Shown: positions 1 to 8,396 of the stretch, in pieces
How positions within the stretch are numbered: the first letter of the stretch is position 1
Layout: each line of letters opens with the position of its first letter
IMG/VR virus record: IMGVR_UViG_3300044297_000148
Location: 1 to 61,426 of that record
Origin: a virus
Taxonomy: Duplodnaviria > Caudoviricetes
Length of the DNA: 61,426 bases
Direction: 5' to 3' (one strand)
The notes under the pieces: generated by a model
Told to the model about the DNA's origin: nothing
The model's database searches: none
The model's input: the letters and a program-made list of their open reading frames with translations, nothing else
Position numbers and translations under genes: made by a program

Positions 1-141
1 TCCCGCGCTCACGCCCCCCCCCCCCTCCGGCTCGCGGGCGAGGGCGGCGTAGTCGTCAGGGAGCGCCTCAAGCAGTACACGATTCAGTCGCCCGACAAAA
101 ATGCCGCTGTTCTTCTCGAAGGCTGCTAGATCTCTAACAGC
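1..141. repeat. Terminal direct repeat, left copy (circular assembly overlap)
   Basis: Identical to 61288-61426 except poly-C of 12 vs 10; 141 nt is a common maximal assembler k-mer. Confidence 0.95.
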
Positions 142-765
142 CTGAATGACTGCCTGACGCAAAAGCTCCAATTCCTGAGCTAGCGCGAAATTGCCTTCGC
201 GCAGTGCCATCGCATCCGCTGGCGTGCAACCTTCCGGGACCGCATCCCTCGCATCCGCGCCACCGGGAGAGCGAAGGGCATTGATCGCCCAATCTTCGAT
301 TCCGTTGCCGTGATCGACATGCGGGTGGTGTTCGGCAAGGTAGCTTTGCAGTTTCACGAACGCCGCGTCTGCCTCGCGCACCTGACGCCGCAAGTTCTCC
401 AGCGCCTCTGCCTCGGGGTTGCAAGCCGGGCACGTTCTGTCCCACACCCGCATCGGGTGGTCGGAGTGAGCCAAGGATTCCTTGACTACTGCCTCGGCGT
501 CAGGGGTGGCGGGCATTTCGCAGACCTTGATCGCCATATCGCACGCGCAGCGGGGAAACGTGCAGCGAGGCATCACGCCGGGAAAATCGGCGCTATCCCC
601 CTTCGTCTCGGAGACGGCGCGCAGGAAGTAGTCAGCCATCCAGCGCATCTTGTCAGGGTGGGATAACTCAGTCGGGCAGAGCGCGTGTGCGCTCATCATC
701 ACTTGCCACGGCTCCCTCTCCTCTGGGGCGCTCATGGCTTCCTCCATCTCCGTTCCGTTGCTCAT
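1..765 (-). CDS. Mosaic hypothetical protein (MSNGTEMEEA...), runs across the circular junction
   Basis: ATG at 765 is open to position 1; shares HSDHPMRVWDRTCPACNPEAEAL with the 953-1669 gene; absent from the ORF track because its stop lies beyond the junction. Confidence 0.75.
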   Translation of the reverse strand, partial: MSNGTEMEEAMSAPEEREPWQVMMSAHALCPTELSHPDKMRWMADYFLRAVSETKGDSADFPGVMPRCTFPRCACDMAIKVCEMPATPDAEAVVKESLAHSDHPMRVWDRTCPACNPEAEALENLRRQVREADAAFVKLQSYLAEHHPHVDHGNGIEDWAINALRSPGGADARDAVPEGCTPADAMALREGNFALAQELELLRQAVIQAVRDLAAFEKNSGIFVGRLNRVLLEALPDDYAALAREPEGGGGVSAG

Positions 766-956
766 GGCTGCTGCGCCTCCCAGTTGCGGTGTCCAACAAT
801 GTTCGCTGTCGCCGTCATGGCAGAAAGTCCATTGCTGCGGTAGTAGGCGCAAAGTCTCTTTTCGTACTCGTCCAAACAATCGCCCCCAAGATAAAGCGCC
901 ACTAAATCCTCGTAATCTCTCAGGCTCATTGCTGCGGTATGGGATTGCTCGCTCAT
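762..956 (-). CDS. Hypothetical protein
   Basis: ATGA overlaps with both neighbours; AAGGAGG RBS upstream. Confidence 0.6.
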   Translation of the reverse strand: MSEQSHTAAMSLRDYEDLVALYLGGDCLDEYEKRLCAYYRSNGLSAMTATANIVGHRNWEAQQP

Positions 957-1669
957 GTAGCCTCCTTCCCCGCGAGGGCGCGAAGGGCGTCCGCAGCGAC
1001 TTCGTTGACTTCGGCAAGCGTCCATTGCCCGTTATCGCGCGTCTCAAGCTCGATCAGTTCCATTTGGTGCCTCATCGCCGCGCTGGCTGACTCGGCGGCT
1101 TCTGCCCTCGTCGCTTCCGCAGCAGCTATGCCTACGTGCCGCTCTATGTCGTGCTTTAAGGCTGCGTTCTCCCGCTCTGCGGTTTCCAGCCTCCCCAACA
1201 TTTCCGGCCGCTCGGCCTCCAGCGTCGCGCGCTTCTGCATCATTTTGTGGCGATCCTTGATGCAGTTATCCAAGCCGCGTATTGCTTCGTCCCGCTCCCG
1301 CTCGGCGGCAGTAGCCCGTTGCTCTGCGGCTGCAAGCTGCTCGCGCAGTTCGTCCACCAGCGCCTCTGCCTCGGGGTTGCAAGCCGGGCACGTCCTGTCC
1401 CATACGCGCATGGGATGGTCGGAATGAGGTGTCAAGGATTCCTTGACTACTGCCTCGGGGTGAGGGGTGGCGGCACACGCCTTGCAGCCACAATCGCAGC
1501 GCCCCGTCACAATGCAGCTACGCGGGCAAGTGCAGCGCAGCTCCCCCTTCGTCTCGGAGGCGGAGCGGGGGCGTTCCTTCCACCAAGCTGCGCAGGCAGG
1601 GCAACTATCCCCAAGCATTGGGTTGAATCCTTGCAATCCGCAAACGTGCCTCTCCGTTCCGTTGCTCAT
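953..1669 (-). CDS. Mosaic (Ea22-like architecture) hypothetical protein with Cys clusters and coiled coil
   Basis: MSNGTE start, CxxC motifs, AAEQRATAAERERDE coiled coil, shared ALRALAGKEAT end. Confidence 0.7.
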   Translation of the reverse strand: MSNGTERHVCGLQGFNPMLGDSCPACAAWWKERPRSASETKGELRCTCPRSCIVTGRCDCGCKACAATPHPEAVVKESLTPHSDHPMRVWDRTCPACNPEAEALVDELREQLAAAEQRATAAERERDEAIRGLDNCIKDRHKMMQKRATLEAERPEMLGRLETAERENAALKHDIERHVGIAAAEATRAEAAESASAAMRHQMELIELETRDNGQWTLAEVNEVAADALRALAGKEAT

Positions 1670-1989
1670 GGCTGCTCTCCTATCTTCTTGTTCCATTCAG
1701 CGTCGAATGCGTACATGGCTTCTGCAGGGGAATCGCCGAATCCGGCAACGCCTTCCTGAAGGTTTGAGCCGTACAGCGCGCACCACTTATTCCCGTCCAG
1801 CGAAAGAACTGGCTTGAACAGAATGCAAGGGCGCGAGTGTTCGTTCGCCGCTTCCTGTGCAGAACGACAGGCTTGCTCTGCATAAAAGGCGATGTTTGAT
1901 TCCCTAATGGCGTCCATCACCGCTTGAGTGATATTCCCGCCGCTTATCTTGCTGCGTACCGCGTCATAAACTGCTTGATATGTGTCCAT
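1666..1989 (-). CDS. Hypothetical protein
   Basis: RBS AAGGAGG, coupled to neighbours; WCALYGSNLQEGVAGFGDSPAEA segment. Confidence 0.75.
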   Translation of the reverse strand: MDTYQAVYDAVRSKISGGNITQAVMDAIRESNIAFYAEQACRSAQEAANEHSRPCILFKPVLSLDGNKWCALYGSNLQEGVAGFGDSPAEAMYAFDAEWNKKIGEQP

Positions 1990-2445
1990 TTATGTAGCCT
2001 CCTTCCCCGCGAGGGCGCGAAGGGCGCCCTCGAATGCTTGTTCAACCTTCATGCTCGGAAACTGAGCGGCCTTCAGTCCGGCGATGACACGCTCCTTGTC
2101 GGCACCCTCGAAAAAATCGAATCTCACCAGCGCCGCCACCGCAAACGCGAATCCGGCTTTCAGCGCCGCGCTGGCTGACTCGGCGGCATCACGTTGCTGC
2201 TTCAGAGTGCCGACATACCGCTCCTTTTCCGAAGCGCCAGCGGACAACGATTCCGATAGCCACTTCCACTCGTCCCGCTCCCGCTCTGCGGCTGCAAGGG
2301 CGCGCTCTAGGTCGCGGGCGAAGTCAGCAGCAACGTACTCCCCTTCGTCGTAACTGATCGTCACTGGCAGCGGTATCGGGCTGTCTGCGCGGATGTTGTC
2401 CGCACGCTTTACTGCGGCGGCGTCTGTCCTCGGCGTGTCGCTCAT
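1990..2445 (-). CDS. Mosaic hypothetical protein (MSDTPRTDAA...)
   Basis: ATGA overlap at 2442-2445; shares AERERDE, AESASAA and ALRALAGKEAT blocks with 953-1669. Confidence 0.7.
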   Translation of the reverse strand: MSDTPRTDAAAVKRADNIRADSPIPLPVTISYDEGEYVAADFARDLERALAAAERERDEWKWLSESLSAGASEKERYVGTLKQQRDAAESASAALKAGFAFAVAALVRFDFFEGADKERVIAGLKAAQFPSMKVEQAFEGALRALAGKEAT

Positions 2446-2549
2446 TGGGCCACCGATATCAGATAGTCCCACTGCCCCACGACAAGACAGATCAGCAGCA
2501 GGACGATTACGATGAAAACAAACTCATTCAACGGGTCGAACTTTTGCAT
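2442..2549 (-). CDS. Small membrane protein
   Basis: 35 aa with a hydrophobic helix FVFIVIVLLLICLVV; GGAG RBS. Confidence 0.5.
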   Translation of the reverse strand: MQKFDPLNEFVFIVIVLLLICLVVGQWDYLISVAQ

Positions 2550-2694
2550 TCTTTTTCTCCCACTCGCGGTACTTCGCAAAGGTCTTGCGTATGTCTGTTT
2601 GATGCGACCTTGTTGGCGTGAATCCATCCAGCACCCAGATCCCGCGCATTTTGAGGTAGGCGATGGCCTTTTCTCTTTTTTCTTCGTTGTTCAT
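2524..2694 (-). CDS. Hypothetical protein (MNNEEKREKAIAYLKMRGIWVLD...)
   Basis: 56-aa ORF read manually; AAAGGAG RBS upstream. Confidence 0.55.
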   Translation of the reverse strand: MNNEEKREKAIAYLKMRGIWVLDGFTPTRSHQTDIRKTFAKYREWEKKNAKVRPVE

Positions 2695-2714
2695 AGTTGA
2701 TTCTCCTTTGTGCT

Positions 2715-3011
2715 TTATTTCCCGGTCTGCACCCGTTCAAGCAGCGCAAGGTACCCGCAGACATCGATCTGTGAATCATAGTGAAGGGGCTGGTTATGCA
2801 GACGCGCAATCTTCAGCAGCGCCATCATCAGGCATACATCGGCAACACTGAAAGGCACACCTTTGTACGCGCCCCACATGGCAGCAATCTTCTGCAAATT
2901 CTTGTCGGGCTTACCGTAGGTTTTTTCACGGTCCCCGTAGATGATGGCTTGCGCCTTCTGGAGAATATTCTGGGCAACCTCCTGTTTTTTACTTTTCACT
3001 TGTAGCTCCAT
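2715..3011 (-). CDS. DUF6378-like protein
   Basis: ILQKAQAIIYGDREKTYG...IAAMW...MMALLKIAR...DSQIDVCGY pattern. Confidence 0.75.
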   Translation of the reverse strand: MELQVKSKKQEVAQNILQKAQAIIYGDREKTYGKPDKNLQKIAAMWGAYKGVPFSVADVCLMMALLKIARLHNQPLHYDSQIDVCGYLALLERVQTGK

Positions 3012-3289
3012 TGGGTAAAGGCTTGCTCAACTTCATGCACATTATCCTCATTGACGAGAAAAGAAAACCCCCCGCTCCTGTTTATTTTTGTCATCTCCCT
3101 TTCCTGCAACGCTGTGGGTTTGTTGCTCCCTGCCTTGCATTCGATACCAAAGAAATGCCCCCTGAAACAGCCGACAAAATCAGGAACACCCGAACGACCA
3201 TAGCCCCCTGTTGCAGGCATGAAGTAATAAGCCCCAAGTGCATCGAGAACTACCTTCACCTGTTTCTTGACTTTGCCTTCCGGTGTCAT
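2996..3289 (-). CDS. VRR-NUC family nuclease / Holliday junction resolvase-like
   Basis: GVPDFVGC...GIECKAG..KPTALQ PD-(D/E)XK motif. Confidence 0.85.
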   Translation of the reverse strand: MTPEGKVKKQVKVVLDALGAYYFMPATGGYGRSGVPDFVGCFRGHFFGIECKAGSNKPTALQEREMTKINRSGGFSFLVNEDNVHEVEQAFTQWSYK

Positions 3290-3300
3290 TCGACCCCCCG

Positions 3301-4152
3301 TTAAAAATCGAATCGCTTGAGGATTGCATCGACCTCGATCTTCAATTCCTTGCGAGCAGGTGCACTGTTGCGAAGGTCCTCGGTAGTTACACCAACCAGC
3401 AGCGATTCAAGGGACTTTCGCGTGGCTTCCAGATACGGATCGTTCACCACATTCAACTTGGTGAGCAAAGCACAAAGCTCCATCGCATTGGCGAGCATGC
3501 TTTCACGAATAACTTTGCGTTTGCCTTCATCAGCATCAGTAAGCCTGTCAGCCATGTGTTTCAAGCAGGCGTGCAGGCGCTCCCACAAATCCAGACTCGC
3601 CGCCTTGATCCTATCTTCGTAGGCTTTGCGGTAGTGCTGGTCAAGCTCTTGGCGCACTGAATCATCGCTGACCACGCGCCAGTCCCCTACGTCCGGGACA
3701 GGAGAGAAAGTGTACCGAAGCTCGAACTTGCTTGCAATACGGTCGGCGGTGGGGTAGTCGTCCCGGTCAAAAAGCGCCCCCAAAGTAAAGGCTTGCGATG
3801 AAATCAGGTTGGCGTAGCGGTCACAGAAAACCTTAACCGCGTCGTTGAACTCCTGCTCAAGCCTCACTAGTTCTTGCTTGAAATCCTGAAAGTTAGCCAT
3901 TGGCAGAAGGCGATCACCCCCATCGGACCACGGCATGGTCTGGCTTGCAAACCAAACCCGGATGCGACCGGCCACCTGCTTCACCTTCTCAAGCTCATCG
4001 ACACCGGCGAAGAGATTTTTGTTGTAATTACCCGCCCGTGTCTTGGTGGACTTGGTAACGTCAATCTCCTGTGACACTTCACGATCCAGCTTTCTGCCAG
4101 ACCACATGCTGATCGAGACGTTGACAAGTATGCTGTTTCTATCAAGGCTCAT
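3301..4152 (-). CDS. DUF3150-like protein
   Basis: VNVSISMWSGRKLD N-terminus, helical body; lies downstream of the AAA/vWA pair. Confidence 0.55.
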   Translation of the reverse strand: MSLDRNSILVNVSISMWSGRKLDREVSQEIDVTKSTKTRAGNYNKNLFAGVDELEKVKQVAGRIRVWFASQTMPWSDGGDRLLPMANFQDFKQELVRLEQEFNDAVKVFCDRYANLISSQAFTLGALFDRDDYPTADRIASKFELRYTFSPVPDVGDWRVVSDDSVRQELDQHYRKAYEDRIKAASLDLWERLHACLKHMADRLTDADEGKRKVIRESMLANAMELCALLTKLNVVNDPYLEATRKSLESLLVGVTTEDLRNSAPARKELKIEVDAILKRFDF

Positions 4153-4192
4153 TTCGTTTCTCCTTTTTTAGTTTCATCGGTAAGCGTGTATT

Positions 4193-4507
4193 TCATACGA
4201 TCCGTCCTTTATCATTCTTCTGTCTATTTGCTTCTTCTTCGCGCATCTGATCGGCCTTCCACAGCATGCGACCCATGGCGTGCACTTCGGGAGCAATAGC
4301 TTTGATTTCTACACCTGTTACAAACGGGCAAACTCTCGGTGTTGACTTATTCAAGGTACCATCCCAATGCTCGGTGTAATTTTCAAACGTATGGGCTCGG
4401 CGCATGAAGGTGTACGCAAGGTCAAGCGGCATGATGATCTGCGTGAATGAACCAATGCTCAGTATGGCAAGTGGCTCTTTGTGGTTCTGATCTTTGCTAT
4501 CTTCCAT
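4193..4507 (-). CDS. Hypothetical protein
   Basis: ATG at 4507 just after the vWA stop, GGAGG RBS. Confidence 0.55.
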   Translation of the reverse strand: MEDSKDQNHKEPLAILSIGSFTQIIMPLDLAYTFMRRAHTFENYTEHWDGTLNKSTPRVCPFVTGVEIKAIAPEVHAMGRMLWKADQMREEEANRQKNDKGRIV

Positions 4508-4508
4508 C

Positions 4509-5681
4509 TCACACCTCCACATGAAGTGTGCGGCCCGTAGTAGCACTCGCACGTTTGTTGTTGATGACACACCAAAGCACCGGTGCATTCCATCCAGACC
4601 CCCAATCCGTGCCGACATAGCCATCTGTCAACACCACGATGCACTCAGGCTTGATGCTGTGCTCAAGCAGGTACGCAGAAACACATGACGGGGCAGTACC
4701 CCCGCCGCCCTTGGGCCGGGTAGAGGACATAAGGCTTTCGTATTGTCCCTGCCCGTACTTCTCATGAGCGGCGACACGCGCATCCCAGTAGATCAAGTCC
4801 AGCAGTTCCGGGTTGATCACATTGCATATCCCAGCAACCTCACCCAAGAAGCGGCTGATCATTACCCCGTCGATAGAGCCCGAAGTGTCCACGGCGATCA
4901 CAAGCCTACCCATGGACTCGGTGAAGGATGACGGGGTGTAGACGCCGCTATCGATGCTGCGCCGGTTCGGACGCCGCCATGTGCTCATGTCGTGCCCCTT
5001 GCAAAGGGAAGTGACAAACTCCCAAAGCTCCTGCTGCCAGTTCACCTTCGGTGCCAGTATCTCCCCCACCGCACGGTCAATCTCCCCGCCCAGTACGCCT
5101 TTCAATAAACTCCCTTGGCGAAGGGCGTTCTCGATTACGGCGTCAACTTCGGCCTTCGCCTGCTTGCCCCGAGCGTTTGCCTTGCCCCACTCGTGGACAT
5201 CAAACCCCTTACTCTGATGACCGTTCCCCTCCTTGCGAAGCAGCCGGTAGACTTCCCCCGCATCCATGCCAGCAAAGCGTTCATCGAGAAGCCCCCCGAT
5301 CTTGGGCATGGCGAGAAAGCCATCCTCACAGGAACGCATGATCATCAGGTTGATGACGTAATCACACGCCGCGTTTGCCGTGCCCGGGTCTTCCTGCCAC
5401 ATGGTGTACCAAGTGCTCAGGTGGCGCAGTGCCTTGTGCAGGTTCTCGTGCAGGATGACAAAGCGTAACTCCGGGTCCGGCATGCTGGAGATAAACGCTT
5501 TGGAGTAGATGACGTTGAAGCCATCGGTTGCAGCAGTGGGTACCTCCCCTGTCTCATCCACTCTCGCCTCGCCTGACATGATGATCCCACCCAGCGAGCG
5601 ATAGTGCTTATGGGTAATGAGCGCGAGCATGTTCTTCTGCAGCCGCTGGTGCGGCGTCAGGTTACCGTCATAGTTTGTCAT
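4509..5681 (-). CDS. Metallopeptidase + vWA-like domain protein (DUF2201-type)
   Basis: TAATDG, HENLH (HExxH), NAACDYVIN, MIDAS DTSGS, GGGT, LTDG; start moved to ATG 5681. Confidence 0.9.
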   Translation of the reverse strand: MTNYDGNLTPHQRLQKNMLALITHKHYRSLGGIIMSGEARVDETGEVPTAATDGFNVIYSKAFISSMPDPELRFVILHENLHKALRHLSTWYTMWQEDPGTANAACDYVINLMIMRSCEDGFLAMPKIGGLLDERFAGMDAGEVYRLLRKEGNGHQSKGFDVHEWGKANARGKQAKAEVDAVIENALRQGSLLKGVLGGEIDRAVGEILAPKVNWQQELWEFVTSLCKGHDMSTWRRPNRRSIDSGVYTPSSFTESMGRLVIAVDTSGSIDGVMISRFLGEVAGICNVINPELLDLIYWDARVAAHEKYGQGQYESLMSSTRPKGGGGTAPSCVSAYLLEHSIKPECIVVLTDGYVGTDWGSGWNAPVLWCVINNKRASATTGRTLHVEV

Positions 5682-5683
5682 GG

Positions 5684-6757
5684 TTAAACCATCCAGTGAT
5701 TCTGAGTAGCCCACACCACGAAAGAGCGATTCTCGATGGCGATGTTGCGCTTGGGCGAGGTGAGCACCTGCATGGCAAAGACACCCTGATATTCCTTGGG
5801 CAGGCGCTGGCAATATGTCATCCACGGGGTGAAGCTTTCCTTCGTCACGGAAGAAATAGCACCAAACACCGTCACGAAGTTAGCCGCGAAGTCCTGCGCG
5901 CTTGGCACGCTTGCCGTGTCCGGGGTAGCAATGATCGACTCCCATGAAGCCAGCCGGTCAAAGGTCTGCGCGAAGCCAAGCATGTCGGTGCCCGCAGCAT
6001 CCCCTACCGTGCCACACAACCCCGCAGCCGTGGCGTTCTCACCGATCTTGTGGCGCTGATGCATGATGTGACTTGCCTTCTCAAGTGAACGCGGTGAGAC
6101 AAACGGGCGATTGGTTTTTCCCGGGTAAAAGATGTAAGGGTTGTCCTTCACGCCGTCCATGTAGGAGTCAAGGCACATGGGGAAGCGCTTAACCCATGCA
6201 AGCACTACCGGGTGGACGTTGTTGGCCATGCCCCAAGGAAGCCATTGCTCGGCGGAGGGTTTGCGAACCGTGACGAATGCAACCCGGTTCATGGCATGGG
6301 CCTGCATCATGTCGCCAAGCCCTTCAGCGGCAAGGTTTGTCGTGGCAAACCGGATGCTGCCTTTGGGCAGCGAATACTCCCCAACCTTGCCCTCGTGCAG
6401 CAGGCGCAGCATGGAATTCTGCACGGGACGCGATGCCTTGCCAATCTCATCGGCCATGAAGATCACCGGTGCCCCGTGTTGCAGGTTGAGCAGCGCATTG
6501 GGCGCGAAGCTTGTTACCTTCATGCCGTTGACTACCTCAGTGAAAGGCACTCCACCAATATCGGAGACATCGAAAGTGGGCAGGTCGGCATAGACCATGC
6601 GATACCCGGGCATGCGGCTACCCAGTACGTTGAGGATCGAAGATTTGCCCATGCCCATCTCGCCTTGAAATACAAGGGTCACTTCTGACCCAACGTACTG
6701 CACCATGTCAGCGGCTTCGGTGAGGCTTACCGATACTCCGAGCTTCATTTCGTTCAT
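5684..6757 (-). CDS. MoxR-like AAA+ ATPase
   Basis: Walker A GEMGMGKS, Walker B FMADE, sensor ATTN, SPRS motif. Confidence 0.9.
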   Translation of the reverse strand: MNEMKLGVSVSLTEAADMVQYVGSEVTLVFQGEMGMGKSSILNVLGSRMPGYRMVYADLPTFDVSDIGGVPFTEVVNGMKVTSFAPNALLNLQHGAPVIFMADEIGKASRPVQNSMLRLLHEGKVGEYSLPKGSIRFATTNLAAEGLGDMMQAHAMNRVAFVTVRKPSAEQWLPWGMANNVHPVVLAWVKRFPMCLDSYMDGVKDNPYIFYPGKTNRPFVSPRSLEKASHIMHQRHKIGENATAAGLCGTVGDAAGTDMLGFAQTFDRLASWESIIATPDTASVPSAQDFAANFVTVFGAISSVTKESFTPWMTYCQRLPKEYQGVFAMQVLTSPKRNIAIENRSFVVWATQNHWMV

Positions 6758-7292
6758 GTTGTCTCTCCTGTCGTTTTGTAAATATTTTATTAGCGAGCAT
6801 CATTTCTATGTTTGCTCTTGCTTCTTCCAAGTGATACCAAGCCATGCTTGTCGCGGGTGGGTTTTTCTTTTCTTCCTCCTTCATTCGGTTGTACTTGTCC
6901 CATACAGCGAGCATCATTTCTATGTTTGCTCTTGCTTCTTCCAAGTGATACCAAGCCATGCTTGTCGCAGGTGGGTTTTTCTTTTCTTCCTCCTTCATTC
7001 GGTTGTACTTGTCCCATACAGCGCGCACAGCGTTGATGCGCACAGTGTCTGTTGCGTGAAGCACGCGGACCGGAGCACCTTCATAGAGATGCAGCAACAC
7101 CAAAAATTGACCGCCCCGTTCAGTCAACGGGATAACCCCCAGCCGCGCACCATCGAACTTGAGCAGCGCTTCTATTTCGTCTTCACGTAGATCTATTTGG
7201 CACCTCCTCTTTTGTTTTCTCTTCCACACTTTCCTTTGCCAAGCGCTTGAAGCGGGCGATGTTATTTTTGAGGGCGCGAGGATCACCGGCAT
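6708..7292 (-). CDS. Hypothetical protein with internal 38-aa duplication (start uncertain)
   Basis: AVWDKYNR...IEMML occurs twice in frame. Confidence 0.5.
   Translation of the reverse strand: MPVILAPSKITSPASSAWQRKVWKRKQKRRCQIDLREDEIEALLKFDGARLGVIPLTERGGQFLVLLHLYEGAPVRVLHATDTVRINAVRAVWDKYNRMKEEEKKNPPATSMAWYHLEEARANIEMMLAVWDKYNRMKEEEKKNPPATSMAWYHLEEARANIEMMLANKIFTKRQERQHERNEARSIGKPHRSR
6792..7022. repeat. 114-bp tandem duplication
   Basis: Units start at 6792 and 6906, one mismatch (cgcggg vs cgcagg). Confidence 0.9.
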
Positions 7293-7428
7293 GCACAGTC
7301 AGGAACTGCGGTTCGCTGAACTCGTTGAACACAACCCGCACATGCGAGCCCCGGCTTGGCTCTAAGGTCTTCACCGTGAAGCCGTGCTTCTCGTATTCTT
7401 TTAGTTGTCTCCCAAGGCGTTTATCCAT
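7183..7428 (-). CDS. HicA-like small protein
   Basis: 81 aa; GF...RGSHVRV motif typical of the HicA fold. Confidence 0.5.
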   Translation of the reverse strand: MDKRLGRQLKEYEKHGFTVKTLEPSRGSHVRVVFNEFSEPQFLTVHAGDPRALKNNIARFKRLAKESVEEKTKEEVPNRST

Positions 7429-7966
7429 GTGCGCATCTCCATCCGCTAGTTAGATCTCCCCAATCCACCCTTGCCTCACCGAAAACCCACGCGCCCCCAG
7501 AAACCCACGCATACCCATAAACCCACGCGCCCCCTGAAACCAGCGCATTCTCATAAACCCGCGCACCCCCAGAAACCTGCGCATTCCCTGAAACCTGCGC
7601 ACCCCCATAAACCCGCGCATTCCCAGAAACCTGCGCATACCCATAAACCCGCGCATTCCCAGAAACCTGCGCATTCCCAGAAACCTGCGCATTCCCAGAA
7701 ACCAGCGCATTCTCAAAAACCCACGCATCCCCAGTAACCAGCGCATCCCCAGTAACCAGCGCATCCCCAGTAACCAGCGCATTCCCAGAAACCCGCGCGT
7801 CCCCATGAACCTGCGCATTCCCAGAAACCCGCGCATTCCCCTCGTGTGAGAGGTTGGCTTCACTTTCCAACCAGCCGCCCAAACGGCCATCAGATAAGTA
7901 TCTGATCCGGTGCAACGTCACACCATCTACGGTTTTAGTTTCATCGGTCATCTCGTACTTACGCAT
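7421..7966 (-). CDS. Hexapeptide-repeat (left-handed beta-helix) protein, copy 3 (21 repeats)
   Basis: 42-aa N-domain + 21 x G[ND]AxVx + 13-aa SGWRC tail. Confidence 0.85.
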   Translation of the reverse strand: MRKYEMTDETKTVDGVTLHRIRYLSDGRLGGWLESEANLSHEGNARVSGNAQVHGDARVSGNALVTGDALVTGDALVTGDAWVFENALVSGNAQVSGNAQVSGNARVYGYAQVSGNARVYGGAQVSGNAQVSGGARVYENALVSGGAWVYGYAWVSGGAWVFGEARVDWGDLTSGWRCAHG

Positions 7967-8396
7967 CGTTGCATCTCCATCCGCTAATTAGATGTTCCCT
8001 ATACACCCTTACCTCACCGAAAACCCACGCATTCCCATAAACCCGCGCATCCCCATAAACCCGCGCATTCCCAGAAACCTGCGCATCCCCATAAACCAGC
8101 GCATCCCCAGAAACCCGCGCGTCCCCATGAACCTGCGCATTCCCAGAAACCCGCGCATTCCCAGAAACCCACGCATCCCCAGAAACCCGCGCATTCCCAG
8201 AAACCTGCGCGTTCCCATAAACCTGCGCGTTCCCATAAACCCGCGCATTCCCAGAAACCTGCGCATTCCCATCTTGTGAGAGGTTGGCTTCACTTTCCAA
8301 CCAGCCGCCCAAACGGCCATCAGATAAGTATCTGATCCGGTGCAACGTCACACCATCTACGGTTTTAGTTTCATCGGTCATTTCGTACTTACGCAT
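7959..8396 (-). CDS. Hexapeptide-repeat protein, copy 2 (15 repeats)
   Basis: Same N-domain and tail, 15 repeats. Confidence 0.85.
   Translation of the reverse strand: MRKYEMTDETKTVDGVTLHRIRYLSDGRLGGWLESEANLSQDGNAQVSGNARVYGNAQVYGNAQVSGNARVSGDAWVSGNARVSGNAQVHGDARVSGDALVYGDAQVSGNARVYGDARVYGNAWVFGEVRVYREHLISGWRCNDA

Noticed and set aside
1-141. Terminal repeat as a biological DTR
   Set aside because: It cuts through a coding gene and its length matches an assembler k-mer; best read as a circularisation overlap
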